From Patescibacteria group bacterium (lineage in GTDB: Bacteria; Patescibacteriota; Minisyncoccia; Phycocordibacterales; PALSA-1337), in NCBI GenBank assembly GCA_038065395.1, contig JBBTRB010000003.1:19851-83850 (forward strand): DNA of 64,000 nt, written 5' to 3'. The position numbers and the translations under genes are program-made. Under the pieces are notes generated by a model. That model worked only from the letters and a program-made list of their open reading frames with translations. It did no database searches and was not told the origin of the DNA. Shown piece by piece: positions 1-9,140 of this stretch. How positions within the stretch are numbered: the first letter of the stretch is position 1; each line of letters begins with the position of its first letter.

Positions 1-743
1 GCATTTTCGATGATTTGTTTGGCTACAGCCCCTTCATCTTCGCTACGAATACGAGCAATGGCTCGGACGACTTCCCTTACATGGGCTGGTTCATTCTGCG
101 TACCACGATATGGTGTTGGGGATACGAACGGACAGTCGGTCTCTGACATGATATGAGTGAGTGGCACCGAGCGCACAACCTCATCATAGTCTTGGGTGAA
201 TGTCAGAACTCCTGTGAATGATACCGTGTTGCCCATCGCAACGATCGCCTGTGCATCCTCCACGGTCCCTGCGAAGAAATGAAAGTTGGCACGGACACGG
301 GAGTGTTCTTTGAGAATAGAAATTGCCTCTTGGTATGCATTGCCTCCCTTTTTGCCGTTGCGGATATGGAGCATCAGCGGCTTATTGACCTTATTGGCCA
401 ACATGATGTGCTGGATGAATATCTCACGCTGACGAGGGATCTCCTCTGGCGTTGAATGGAAATAATCGAGACCACATTCGCCTATCGCTACGACCTTGGG
501 GTGCAAAGCGAACGTCTCCAATACCTCTGTATCAAATGTTTCATCGGTATCAGTAGGATGAATACCGACGGTTGCCCACATATTCTCATGAGCCTCTGCG
601 AGTACGATCGCTTGTTGAGATGATGCAAGACCAGTACCAACCGTGACCATACCAACTCCCGCGGCTCGTGCACGTTCGATCGCCCCCTCTACGTCTGTGT
701 AGTCAGGAAAGTTCACATGACCATGGATGTCGATGCAGTTCAT
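1..743 (-). CDS. TatD-family metal-dependent hydrolase; 3' end lies outside the window
   Basis: Open frame from ATG at 741-743 running off the window start. N-term MNCIDIHGHVNFPDY. Motifs VAIGECGLDY and NEPAHV are typical of TatD hydrolases. Confidence 0.8.
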   Translation of the reverse strand, partial: MNCIDIHGHVNFPDYTDVEGAIERARAAGVGMVTVGTGLASSQQAIVLAEAHENMWATVGIHPTDTDETFDTEVLETFALHPKVVAIGECGLDYFHSTPEEIPRQREIFIQHIMLANKVNKPLMLHIRNGKKGGNAYQEAISILKEHSRVRANFHFFAGTVEDAQAIVAMGNTVSFTGVLTFTQDYDEVVRSVPLTHIMSETDCPFVSPTPYRGTQNEPAHVREVVRAIARIRSEDEGAVAKQIIEN

Positions 744-745
744 TT

Positions 746-2194
746 TTATTTTCTCATGAACAACGGCTTCTCGGGCATCTTGTTTTCTTTGATCAGATTT
801 TGGATAGTGACAGAAGTTTCGGGTAGATATGGTTCCAACATCAATGCGATCTCGAACAGGTTCTTGAGCATGTCGTAGACGTCTTTCTTGGCGGCCTCAG
901 GGTCGACTTTTATTTTCTTGAAAGGTTCGGTGCGCTGAATATGTTCATCGAGCATGGCGATCTTCTGCCAGATCTCGGACATTTTCTTGGAAAGGTCATA
1001 TGTAGTAACAATTTCTCCAACGAGAGCGGGAGTATAGTAAGAAGTCTTCTTATCTTCTTCTGACAATGTGATGCCATATGTCGTAGCCATTTTGAGAATA
1101 CGACTGGTGAGGTTGCCGATGCCGTTGGCAAGGTTGGCATTGTAGGATTCTTTGAACTTCTCTGTAGTGAAAGGACTGTCTTCGAACGCAGTGAGCTCGC
1201 GGAGTACGTAATAGCGTAGCGCATCAGTGCCGTACTCACCTACGAGTTCTAGCGGATCGATCGTATTGCCGAGCGACTTGGACATCTTGAGGCCTCCATC
1301 ACCTGTGATGAAGCCATTGATGACGACAGTCTTGGACGGAGGAAGGTCTGCCGCCATGAGCATGGCCTGCCACATCGCTGCCTGCTGACGGAGGTTGTCC
1401 TTGCCACAATACTGCACCACCCCACCCGTCTGCTGCCACCACCTGTCGAATGAGTCTACGACCTCTGGCCAACCAACCGCAGAGATATAATTCACCAATG
1501 CATCGAACCAGACATACATGACCTGATCTGGATCTCCTGGCACGGGCACTCCCCATGGCATCTTGGTCGATAGACGCGAGATACTAAAGTCTTCGAGACC
1601 ACGTGCGACGAAAGCTTTGATCTCATTGAACCGAAAATCAGGCACAACAAATCGTGGGTTCTGTTCGTAGAGATCGAGGAGCCTCTGTTGGAATGCGCTG
1701 AATTTGAAGAAATAATTCTCTTCATTGATAAGCTCGAGTTCCTGCACGGGATGGAGCGGACAACGACCTTCGACGAGCTCTGAGTCGGTCTTTTCGAGCT
1801 CGCAACCGACGCAGTATTTGACCGAGTAGGACTTTTTGTAAATAAAACCGTTAGCCTTGACCTTGTCCCAAAATGCCGCAGCTGCCTGTTTGTGGCGAGC
1901 ATCGGTGGTGCGGATAAAGTTCACTTCCCTGCGGACACCGAGTGCAGGGATCAGGTCTTTGTATTTTTGTGCCAGACCGTCGACGTATTCTTGGGTATCT
2001 ACATGCTGCTCTTTTGCTTTGCGATATACCTTGAGACCATGTTCGTCGGTACCGGTGTTAAAGAAGACATCGTACCCACCGAGCACATGAAGACGCGCCA
2101 CAGCATCTGCACGGATAAGTTCCATGGCAAAGCCGATATGAGGATCGGCGTTGACGTACGGGAGCGTGGTTGTGATATAGAAAGGCTGTGCCAT
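746..2194 (-). CDS. metG: methionine--tRNA ligase
   Basis: ORF 746..2293 has a class I motif (PHIGFAME at N-term) and KMSKSLGN. The canonical N-term [22 protein letters not shown] begins at the internal ATG 2192-2194. Confidence 0.9.
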   Translation of the reverse strand: MAQPFYITTTLPYVNADPHIGFAMELIRADAVARLHVLGGYDVFFNTGTDEHGLKVYRKAKEQHVDTQEYVDGLAQKYKDLIPALGVRREVNFIRTTDARHKQAAAAFWDKVKANGFIYKKSYSVKYCVGCELEKTDSELVEGRCPLHPVQELELINEENYFFKFSAFQQRLLDLYEQNPRFVVPDFRFNEIKAFVARGLEDFSISRLSTKMPWGVPVPGDPDQVMYVWFDALVNYISAVGWPEVVDSFDRWWQQTGGVVQYCGKDNLRQQAAMWQAMLMAADLPPSKTVVINGFITGDGGLKMSKSLGNTIDPLELVGEYGTDALRYYVLRELTAFEDSPFTTEKFKESYNANLANGIGNLTSRILKMATTYGITLSEEDKKTSYYTPALVGEIVTTYDLSKKMSEIWQKIAMLDEHIQRTEPFKKIKVDPEAAKKDVYDMLKNLFEIALMLEPYLPETSVTIQNLIKENKMPEKPLFMRK

Positions 2195-2275
2195 AACGCC
2201 CAGTCTATCGCAAAAAGATGTTGGTGTACATTCGGATGACGGTATGGTTATATTGAGGCAGAAAGGTTTTGAACT

Positions 2276-2605
2276 ATGAAAATCATTGCTCACGTCTATG
2301 CCTCACAAAGATTGATCAGCTCACGCAAGGAATCCAACCTCGAAAGAAGTAAGTTGCCCAAACTCGGCAGCCATTCATTCGAATCAGGCCACAATCCAGA
2401 CATCACAAGACCAGGGACAGTGGAACATGGATGCATGATATTCTCCTACGAACCAGAGGATTACGACCCTCAGGAAGGAATCCTCCAGGTGCACGCCCAC
2501 CTCCCTGATGGTCGACCGGAAGCCACAATCAGAAGTCTCAGGTTGATCGGGTTTCGTTTCGATGAAGCTACATGCTTCGACCGTTACCACCTGAGAGTGC
2601 TGTGA
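2276..2605 (+). CDS. hypothetical small protein, member A of a local 3-gene paralog family
   Basis: 109 aa ORF with an AAAGG RBS. Shares N-term I-x-V-x-x-IY-PP and C-term DYDP..LP(D/S)..IE.LK...F.EA motifs with 3689..4018 and 2635..2973. Confidence 0.45.
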   Translation: MKIIAHVYASQRLISSRKESNLERSKLPKLGSHSFESGHNPDITRPGTVEHGCMIFSYEPEDYDPQEGILQVHAHLPDGRPEATIRSLRLIGFRFDEATCFDRYHLRVL

Positions 2606-2634
2606 ACGTTGACGTAAAAACAACCAATCAAAGG

Positions 2635-2973
2635 AACATGATGAACCCACTAACAGTTAGAGTCCACATCTATGTTTATGCACCTCCAGGCAAACAATTC
2701 ACCTCTGGAGTAAATCCGTCTATTGGTGAAAGAGTGAAAGATGTTGCAATAACGAATCGTGAGCAACTAGCTCATCTCCTGGATAAATGGATACTGGTCG
2801 ATGGGATTATGTGTGCGATTACCTTGTCGTACGACTGGCAATCCAACAATCTGACCGCTCGATATGCGCTTCCTGATGAAAACACCTTGAGTACGATCGA
2901 GGAACTGAAACTTCAAGGTTGGAAATTCTTCGAGGAGAGACTCAAGCCCTATAGACTACTCAGGAAAGAGTAA
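2635..2973 (+). CDS. hypothetical small protein, paralog C of the same family
   Basis: Start MMNPLTVRVHIYVYAPPGK after an AAAGGA RBS. C-term LPDENTLSTIEELKLQGWKFFEE matches the family motif. Confidence 0.45.
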   Translation, partial: NMMNPLTVRVHIYVYAPPGKQFTSGVNPSIGERVKDVAITNREQLAHLLDKWILVDGIMCAITLSYDWQSNNLTARYALPDENTLSTIEELKLQGWKFFEERLKPYRLLRKE

Positions 2974-2981
2974 ATCGCACA

Positions 2982-3016
2982 ATCCCATCCCAGACAGACA
3001 GGACGGGATTTTTTAT
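2982..3016 (+). terminator. candidate intrinsic terminator
   Basis: Imperfect hairpin atcccatccc...ggacgggat followed by a TTTTTT run. Confidence 0.4.
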
Positions 3017-3028
3017 TGATTATTTACC

Positions 3029-3589
3029 ATGTCAGATCTATACTCTATCCAGAGTTTGCAACTTCAACCAATTCTTGTTCTTATGAAAATTAGCTTGTTA
3101 CCTGCTACGTACGTGGGATGGCGGTCTTTCAATCGGCGAACACTATGTTACGCAGTACTCTCAGCCTTCGTCTTGCTCGGATTCTGGGAACGACGTAATC
3201 ATGAGACCGGAGAAATCCTCGGAAAAGTTACACTGGGTCACTTTGGGATCCCTCGGATCTTTGATGCCTTTGGCATCTTCCTGCTGGTTTTCTTGTTCGT
3301 TGTCACAAGCAGATTGATGCTATACGCAGTTACTACTGCCAATAAACCTGATTCGAAACACCCATCAATTGCTCCATTCCGTATCATGCAAAGGCTTCTC
3401 GTCTACATTGCGTTCCCGGTACTCGCGGCATCGTCGCTCATCAACACCTTCATTATGCAAGATGTGCTAAAAATGTTGGTCGCTGAAGTGTTTTGGGTTG
3501 TTAGCATGTTACTCTTGTATCTTTTCCTGGAACTGCTCATGTTCTTCATACGTAGAGGTGCGTGCATGAAGGATTCACTTCCGAAGTAA
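3029..3589 (+). CDS. hypothetical integral membrane protein
   Basis: 186 aa ORF with multiple hydrophobic segments, located between the paralog genes. Confidence 0.5.
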   Translation: MSDLYSIQSLQLQPILVLMKISLLPATYVGWRSFNRRTLCYAVLSAFVLLGFWERRNHETGEILGKVTLGHFGIPRIFDAFGIFLLVFLFVVTSRLMLYAVTTANKPDSKHPSIAPFRIMQRLLVYIAFPVLAASSLINTFIMQDVLKMLVAEVFWVVSMLLLYLFLELLMFFIRRGACMKDSLPK

Positions 3590-3606
3590 CCAATCCCGCC
3601 TCTCCA

Positions 3607-3630
3607 CAAGCCCTCCGTAGGGCTTTTTTA
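3607..3630 (+). terminator. intrinsic terminator
   Basis: Stem aagccct / agggctt with loop ccgt, followed by a T-run. Confidence 0.6.
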
Positions 3631-3688
3631 TTTACTAGACAAAACTCCCCAACCGAGTAATATACGTTCTGGAAAGGAAAAGTTCATT

Positions 3689-4018
3689 ATGATAATCAAC
3701 GTCGAAGCACTCATCTATCCACCTAGTGAAAAACATAGCAAAGGTGGAACAACTCTTGATGTGGCATCATTCAGTTTTCCACTTGAAATAACCCCGATAA
3801 ACTTCCGTGAAATCATGAGCGGTATGATTCGACATTCAAGTGGCATGACATTTCAGATGGATAATGCCAATCTTGATTATGATCCTACCGAAAGTCTTCT
3901 GAAGGTCTTTGGTATTCTTCCCTCGGAAGGTACGAGTGAAGTAATCGAGGCACTCAAAAGGTTGGATGTGAAATTCAACGAAGCTCGCTGCCGAGCTTAC
4001 GGGATGGAGGGATTCTAA
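3689..4018 (+). CDS. hypothetical small protein, paralog B of the same family
   Basis: 109 aa ORF with RBS ggaaagg. Motifs MIINVEALIYPP ... LDYDPTESLLKVFGILPSEGTSEVIEALKRLDVKFNEARC. Confidence 0.45.
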   Translation: MIINVEALIYPPSEKHSKGGTTLDVASFSFPLEITPINFREIMSGMIRHSSGMTFQMDNANLDYDPTESLLKVFGILPSEGTSEVIEALKRLDVKFNEARCRAYGMEGF

Positions 4019-4051
4019 CCATTGTTTTAAGTTGCCATCTTCCACCACACG

Positions 4052-4079
4052 CACCCCGATGTCATGTCGGGCTTTTTTA
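4052..4079. terminator. candidate bidirectional terminator between converging genes
   Basis: Hairpin cccga-tgtcatg-tcggg followed by TTTTTT; the AI-2E gene on the minus strand ends at 4080. Confidence 0.4.
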
Positions 4080-5099
4080 TTACACCTTCGGCATCTTACC
4101 TTTCTCAACGTCGTTGACATACTCCATACCAGCTGCGGCCAGAGGCACCGCAATGAGTGCACCGAGTACACCTGCGAGCTTCACCCCGATCACAAAAGAG
4201 AGAATAACGATGATCGGCGAGACTCCCACGACTTTGCGTACCACCAGCGGGTAGAAGACATGGTTCTCGAGTTGCTGGATCAGGACATAGAGCACCGCGA
4301 CCAATAGGCCGACACCTATGCCGTACGAGCCAAATGCAACCATCACTGCCGGTATAGCAGCGACGAATGGTCCGAAGACTGGGATGATCTCAAGGAGCCC
4401 TGCAAAGAGTGCCAGGAGGAGTGCATGCTTGATCCCCACAATACTGAGCATGATGTATACCAGTACCCCGACGATGAAGCCGAGTACTACCTGACCTTGC
4501 AACCACAGACCGATCTTCCGACGAGAACGTTTCCAGAGACCGATGATGTATTCGTGATGATGCAGGGGTGTGATAATACGCAGGAAGTCATCGACTCCCT
4601 CACCTTTTGCAGAAAGATAGAATGATAATGCAAAGATCAATACAAAAGAGATCACTCCTCCGGAGACTGCACTCACCGTCTGGAGTGTATTACCATCACT
4701 TACGAAATATGACTGTGCCAAGGCAATGAAGTCTGATATCGCGATCGTCTTGAGACCGAACAGTGACCCGTCACCAAGTGGCCCCCACACTTCTCCGAGA
4801 GAAATAGTAGCCGGAAGGTTGTTGAGGAATTCTAGTAGTTCTCGGATGACACGTGGCACCAGGAAGATCATCGCTCCGAGCAGAAGAAGTATGATGCTCA
4901 CATACATCACCACGACACTGGCGATACGATTGAGGCCTATACGTGCACAACGACGGATCACCGGTTCGATCGCGGAGGCAACCACGATGGCAGCAAGGAT
5001 CGAGAGTACAATATCGAAGAGATAGTATGCCGCAACCACCGAGAGACCAACTGCAAAAAATCTGACGATCGTGCCGGTACTGATAGAGATACGGTTCAT
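4080..5099 (-). CDS. AI-2E family transporter (PerM/YdiK-like permease)
   Basis: 339 aa polytopic membrane protein with the composition and length typical of UPF0118/AI-2E permeases. Confidence 0.7.
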   Translation of the reverse strand: MNRISISTGTIVRFFAVGLSVVAAYYLFDIVLSILAAIVVASAIEPVIRRCARIGLNRIASVVVMYVSIILLLLGAMIFLVPRVIRELLEFLNNLPATISLGEVWGPLGDGSLFGLKTIAISDFIALAQSYFVSDGNTLQTVSAVSGGVISFVLIFALSFYLSAKGEGVDDFLRIITPLHHHEYIIGLWKRSRRKIGLWLQGQVVLGFIVGVLVYIMLSIVGIKHALLLALFAGLLEIIPVFGPFVAAIPAVMVAFGSYGIGVGLLVAVLYVLIQQLENHVFYPLVVRKVVGVSPIIVILSFVIGVKLAGVLGALIAVPLAAAGMEYVNDVEKGKMPKV

Positions 5100-5143
5100 A
5101 ACCCTAGTATATACTCATCTCACGATCACACAAGACGAACGTG

Positions 5144-6421
5144 CTATTTTGCAGCGAAGGTAAAGTCTGACTTGAAGGCAGAATCATCTTTCACATTCCC
5201 TACCATCGCCATATTGAGATGCTGGTCTACGAAGATTTCCTGTGCCAGCTTTTGTATATCCGATGAGGTCACTGCACGAATCTTGGCAATGCTTTCTTCG
5301 AGGGTCTGCACTTTTCCTTTGAGAATCTCTTGTGAACCGACGAACTCCGACCTGGCTTCGGATGTTTCGAGTTCGAGCATGGTTGTACCGATCATGTAGT
5401 TCTTGGCTTTCTCGAGCTCGGCCTCTCCGACAGGTTCTGTTTTGAGACGTATACATTCTTCCATGATCCCTTTGACTGCTTCTCCGAGACGAGATACGTC
5501 TACTCCAGCGGCCAACACCACATTGCCATGGTCGGTATAGGTGTCATGTCCCGCGTTGACGTAATAACAGATGCCGAGTTGGTCGCGCATCTTGGAGAAA
5601 AGTCTCGAACTCATGCCCTTGCCGAGTACCGTCATCATCACATTCATCACCGGGATACGAGGATCGAACAGAGAGAACGAACGAACACCGATAGCAACGT
5701 GGGCTTGGTCAGTCTCTTTGTGCTTTATGACAAAGCGCGGAACATCTTGCTTCTCGATGACTTTGTCTTTGCCTTTCTTGGCAGATACAGAGAGACTTCC
5801 GAACAACTTCTCCACTTGTGTCTGTATCGTGCTCTCATCGAACGAACCTGCGACCACAACAGTAGTTGCCTGAGAGACATAGTGCTCTGAGCGATATGTT
5901 ATGAGCTGCTCTCGGGTGAACGAGCGCACGTGATCTTCAGTACCTGCAATACTCCACCCGGCTGGCTGATCTCCGTGGATCAATGCACTGAGCACATCAT
6001 GCACGTCTCTATGTGGCATGTCCTGATACATACGGATCTCTTCGACGATCACCCCCTTCTCTCGTTCGATCTCCTCTACCGGGAACATTGGGTTGAGATA
6101 CAAGTCCGAGACAATATCGAGAGCCTTGTCGAGTTGTTGTGCAGCGACTTTTGCATAGTAGCCGGTGTACTCCTGACCCGTGAAGGCGTTGTACTGTGCA
6201 CCGAGACCATCGAGCTCTCGAGAGATGTCGGTTGCTTTGGGACGTCGTGGCGTGCCTTTGAAGACCATATGTTCCAAGAAATGAGAGAGACCATTGATAT
6301 TTTTGGATTCATATTTTGATCCGGCTTCAACCATGACCAACACGGTGACCGATGGATTGTCTTTCATCGGGACAGTTATGAGTCGCAGCCCGTTCGGCAG
6401 GATTGTTTTGGTGAAGTTCAT
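5144..6421 (-). CDS. M16 family zinc metallopeptidase (pitrilysin/insulinase-like)
   Basis: Inverted zincin motif HFLEHMVFKGT (HxxEH) near the N-terminus; length 425 aa. Confidence 0.85.
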   Translation of the reverse strand: MNFTKTILPNGLRLITVPMKDNPSVTVLVMVEAGSKYESKNINGLSHFLEHMVFKGTPRRPKATDISRELDGLGAQYNAFTGQEYTGYYAKVAAQQLDKALDIVSDLYLNPMFPVEEIEREKGVIVEEIRMYQDMPHRDVHDVLSALIHGDQPAGWSIAGTEDHVRSFTREQLITYRSEHYVSQATTVVVAGSFDESTIQTQVEKLFGSLSVSAKKGKDKVIEKQDVPRFVIKHKETDQAHVAIGVRSFSLFDPRIPVMNVMMTVLGKGMSSRLFSKMRDQLGICYYVNAGHDTYTDHGNVVLAAGVDVSRLGEAVKGIMEECIRLKTEPVGEAELEKAKNYMIGTTMLELETSEARSEFVGSQEILKGKVQTLEESIAKIRAVTSSDIQKLAQEIFVDQHLNMAMVGNVKDDSAFKSDFTFAAK

Positions 6422-6446
6422 AGAAATGTAAGTTTAACTTTATTTT

Positions 6447-6527
6447 GTCATCCCCATGAAAATGGGGATCCAGGATGTCACCACACTCTGTGGCTAGATC
6501 CTGGATTCCCGCCTTCGCGGGAATGAC
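6447..6527. repeat. RPE-like palindromic repeat element, short form (copy 1)
   Basis: Left arm gtcatccccatgaaaatggggatccaggat, spacer, right arm atcctggattcccgccttcgcgggaatgac. Intergenic between the M16 peptidase start and the glyQS stop. Confidence 0.8.
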
Positions 6528-6529
6528 AA

Positions 6530-7858
6530 CTACTGAATCTTCCCTACCAGATACTCTACCAACTTATCTTCTGCGATACGCTCCTGCGTGCCACTATCAC
6601 GATCGCGTACGGTGACACCTTCTCCTTTTTCGATCGTCTCAAAGTCGACAGTAACGCAAAACGGTGTACCGATCTCATCTTGACGGCGATAACGTTTGCC
6701 GATGTTACCGTTGTCGTCGAAGATAACTCCGGGGATGTTGGCTTTTAGCGTAGAGAATACTTCTTGGGCTTTCTTGATGAGCTCAGGTTTATTCCTGAGC
6801 AGTGGAAAAACTGCCACTTTGTATGGTGCAACTGATGGGGTCAGTTTGAGATAGGTGCGTTTCTCGCCACCCATATCATCCTCGGTATAGGCATCAGTGA
6901 GAACCGCAAGTACGGTGCGGTCGAGACCAAATGATGGTTCGATGCAATGTGGGACGAACCTCTCTTTGCTCTCTTCGTCATAGTATGACAAATCTACCTT
7001 ACTAAATTCAGAGTGTTGCTTGAGGTCGAAGTCCGTGCGATACGCCAGACCATAGAGCTCTTTCTTGCCAAATGGGAAATCGAATTCGAAGTCGATCGTT
7101 CTCTTGGAATAGTGTGCCCTGTCACCGTCGGCAACTTCGAGTTCATGGACTTTGGCAGCGTTGAGTCCCACGTCTTTGGTGAAAGCCAAGACTTCCTGTC
7201 TGAAATGTTCGAAGGTTTTCTCCCACTCTTTTGGGTTGACGAAATACTCGATCTCCATTTGTTCGAACTCACGTGCACGGAACAAGAAATCTCGTGGAGC
7301 GATCTCGTTGCGGAATGCCTTGCCGATCTGTGCCATACCGAATGGCAGTTTCGGATGCAGTGAGTCAAGGATATTCTTGAAGTTCACGAACATACCTTGA
7401 GCTGTCTCTGGGCGCAGATACGACACCGATGAAGAGTCGTTACTTGCTCCGACCTGTGTCTTGAACATCATGTTGAAAGACTTCACCGGTTCCCAAGAAT
7501 TCTTGGTCTCACACTCAGGACAACTATCTGGCAACTGCCAACTCTTGTCTCCTGCTTGTGTGCCGATCTGATCCGCACGAAAACGATGTTTGCACTTTTT
7601 GCACTCTACGAGTGGATCGGCGAAGCCAGAGACGTGACCGGAGGCTTCCCAGGTACGCTGATTCATCAGGATCGCTGCGTCCATACCATACATATCGTCA
7701 CGAGTATCGACGAAACGTTTCCACCAGATCTGTTTGATATTGTTCTTGAGAGCAACTCCCAGTGGCCCATAATCCCAGGTACCAGCCAAGCCTCCATAAA
7801 CTTCCGATCCCTGAAAAATAAAACCTCTGCGTTTACAGAGAGCCACCAACGATTCCAT
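6530..7858 (-). CDS. glyQS: glycine--tRNA ligase (homodimeric GlyQS type)
   Basis: MESLVALCKRRGFIFQGSEVYGGLAGTWDYGPLG is the canonical class II GlyRS N-terminus. Start placed at the ATG preceded by an AAAGAGGA RBS; the ORF extends to 7885. Confidence 0.9.
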   Translation of the reverse strand: MESLVALCKRRGFIFQGSEVYGGLAGTWDYGPLGVALKNNIKQIWWKRFVDTRDDMYGMDAAILMNQRTWEASGHVSGFADPLVECKKCKHRFRADQIGTQAGDKSWQLPDSCPECETKNSWEPVKSFNMMFKTQVGASNDSSSVSYLRPETAQGMFVNFKNILDSLHPKLPFGMAQIGKAFRNEIAPRDFLFRAREFEQMEIEYFVNPKEWEKTFEHFRQEVLAFTKDVGLNAAKVHELEVADGDRAHYSKRTIDFEFDFPFGKKELYGLAYRTDFDLKQHSEFSKVDLSYYDEESKERFVPHCIEPSFGLDRTVLAVLTDAYTEDDMGGEKRTYLKLTPSVAPYKVAVFPLLRNKPELIKKAQEVFSTLKANIPGVIFDDNGNIGKRYRRQDEIGTPFCVTVDFETIEKGEGVTVRDRDSGTQERIAEDKLVEYLVGKIQ

Positions 7859-7892
7859 TGTGTCCTCTTTTTTCATATGTCGCATTGTATAC

Positions 7893-7923
7893 GAAAAAAG
7901 CCAGGACGGGAAGCGTCTTGGCT
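7893..7923 (-). terminator. leader-region intrinsic terminator immediately upstream of the glyQS RBS
   Basis: Minus strand reads AGCCAAGACG-CUUCCC-CGUCCUGGCU plus UUUUUU, about 30 nt before the start codon. Confidence 0.5.
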
Positions 7924-8239
7924 TGGAAAGTCACCCTCCCGTTCGATGTAGTACACCAGCGAGGAACCTTATCCGAAGGAGAACAAATTAACCTTCGGAG
8001 GCAAATGCCAGTAGAACGATCGGAACGGAAGGGTCCTGGTGGACGCCAGGAAAGTGGACCCGTCTTCAGAGAATACATTTTGGAGGTGGCGAGGAACCAG
8101 TCCTGGGATGTTGTCTGAAGACGGGCGGTATCACACTGAGGAGCACAAGATGTTATCACAACTCTGGTGGAGTTGGTCCAAACAACCTCTCGCGTCGTCA
8201 ACCCATATGACACCTAAAGGGTTCAAAGAATCTGACAGC
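7924..8239 (-). promoter_or_regulatory. long structured 5' leader of glyQS; candidate T-box-like attenuator
   Basis: About 345 nt between the promoter and the start, with several perfect hairpins. An alternative helix GGGAGGG...CCCGUCC overlaps the terminator 3' strand. The canonical T-box motif was not confirmed. Confidence 0.3.
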
Positions 8240-8269
8240 AGTATAACCGATATTAGGGATTTGTCAATA
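8240..8269 (-). promoter_or_regulatory. sigma70-like promoter for glyQS leader
   Basis: Minus strand reads TTGACA, a 16-17 nt spacer, then TATACT. Confidence 0.45.
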
Positions 8270-8677
8270 TTTTGCCAGATCTTGGCTCTGATCTTGCATT
8301 TTCCGTATGTCATATGACCACATATCCCCACCCTGCATAGCCATCGATATGAGTGCAACCATGAGGCCAAAATCTCGCACGCCCGTCGGTGTATATCCGA
8401 CCGACATGACTATCCCAGCCATATGGAGAGCCAGAAGCCCTGCAATGATCCTCACCCGAAATCCGACGAGGAGAAGTATCCCTGCAACCACTTCGAAAAG
8501 TCCGTTGAGTTTGATGAATGCAATAGCTGAGAGTGGCAACGAACCTGCCCAGTCAGGCAAGAATCCCGTCCACTTCTCAGGATGAAGGAGTTGTTGCGAT
8601 CCGAACCATACCATGACGAGCGTGATGCCTATACGGAGAACGACAGGAGCATATGACTTGAGCGTACTGGACTGCAT
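8264..8677 (-). CDS. DoxX family membrane protein
   Basis: MQSSTLKSYAPVVLRIGITLVMVWFGSQQL... with several TM segments. Start chosen at the internal ATG 8675-8677 directly after the stop of the upstream gene. Confidence 0.6.
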   Translation of the reverse strand: MQSSTLKSYAPVVLRIGITLVMVWFGSQQLLHPEKWTGFLPDWAGSLPLSAIAFIKLNGLFEVVAGILLLVGFRVRIIAGLLALHMAGIVMSVGYTPTGVRDFGLMVALISMAMQGGDMWSYDIRKMQDQSQDLAKY

Positions 8678-8678
8678 A

Positions 8679-9128
8679 TTATTTGAGTTCGCCGAGATAG
8701 AACTTGGTGAGCACGTTCGCTGGCGCCCCCTGACCACCATGTTGACCATTGAATGCGGCCGTGCCGTCCTTGCCACAGATCGAGAGTATCGCCTGCTCTC
8801 CACCTGGATGGTTACCGATCCATGAAGTCAGGTTGTAAACTTTGGCATTGATAGCACTCCAACAGTCGGTCTTGGATGCATGTGCTCCAACTTCGACCAT
8901 GGAATATGTCTTGACGGTACTTGTAGCTACTATCTGAGAACTTACCGAGACAGGAACCTTGACCGTAGGGATGCTCGTTGTACTGGTTGCAGTAGAAGTA
9001 ACAGGCGTAGTCGTCGCCACATTCTGCTCAACAGGTATAGTAACTGACACCTTGGAATCATTAGTGACTATATAGACACCACCTCCGATAAGGACAAGTA
9101 TGACGATGATTGAAATTATTTTTGACAT
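8679..9128 (-). CDS. membrane-anchored cytochrome b5-like heme-binding domain protein
   Basis: N-terminal TM helix, Thr/Ser-rich linker, and a C-terminal NHPGGEQAILSICGKDGTAAF (HPGG motif). Confidence 0.6.
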   Translation of the reverse strand: MSKIISIIVILVLIGGGVYIVTNDSKVSVTIPVEQNVATTTPVTSTATSTTSIPTVKVPVSVSSQIVATSTVKTYSMVEVGAHASKTDCWSAINAKVYNLTSWIGNHPGGEQAILSICGKDGTAAFNGQHGGQGAPANVLTKFYLGELK

Positions 9129-9140
9129 AAATCTATTATA

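Noticed and set aside
6530-7885. Longer glyQS starts (MRHMKKEDTMES) at 7885 or 7876
   Set aside because: Only the third ATG (7858) has a good Shine-Dalgarno (AAAGAGGA), and it yields the canonical MESLVAL N-terminus. The upstream codons lie in the terminator T-run.
7886-8239. Canonical T-box riboswitch call for the glyQS leader
   Set aside because: I could not find the conserved AGGGUGGNACCGCG T-box sequence or a UGGA antiterminator bulge, so it is kept as a candidate attenuator.
8039-8317. Small plus and minus strand ORFs (7833-8213, 7858-8118, 8039-8317) in the glyQS upstream region
   Set aside because: They overlap the structured leader and promoter and have no RBS; they are treated as non-coding.
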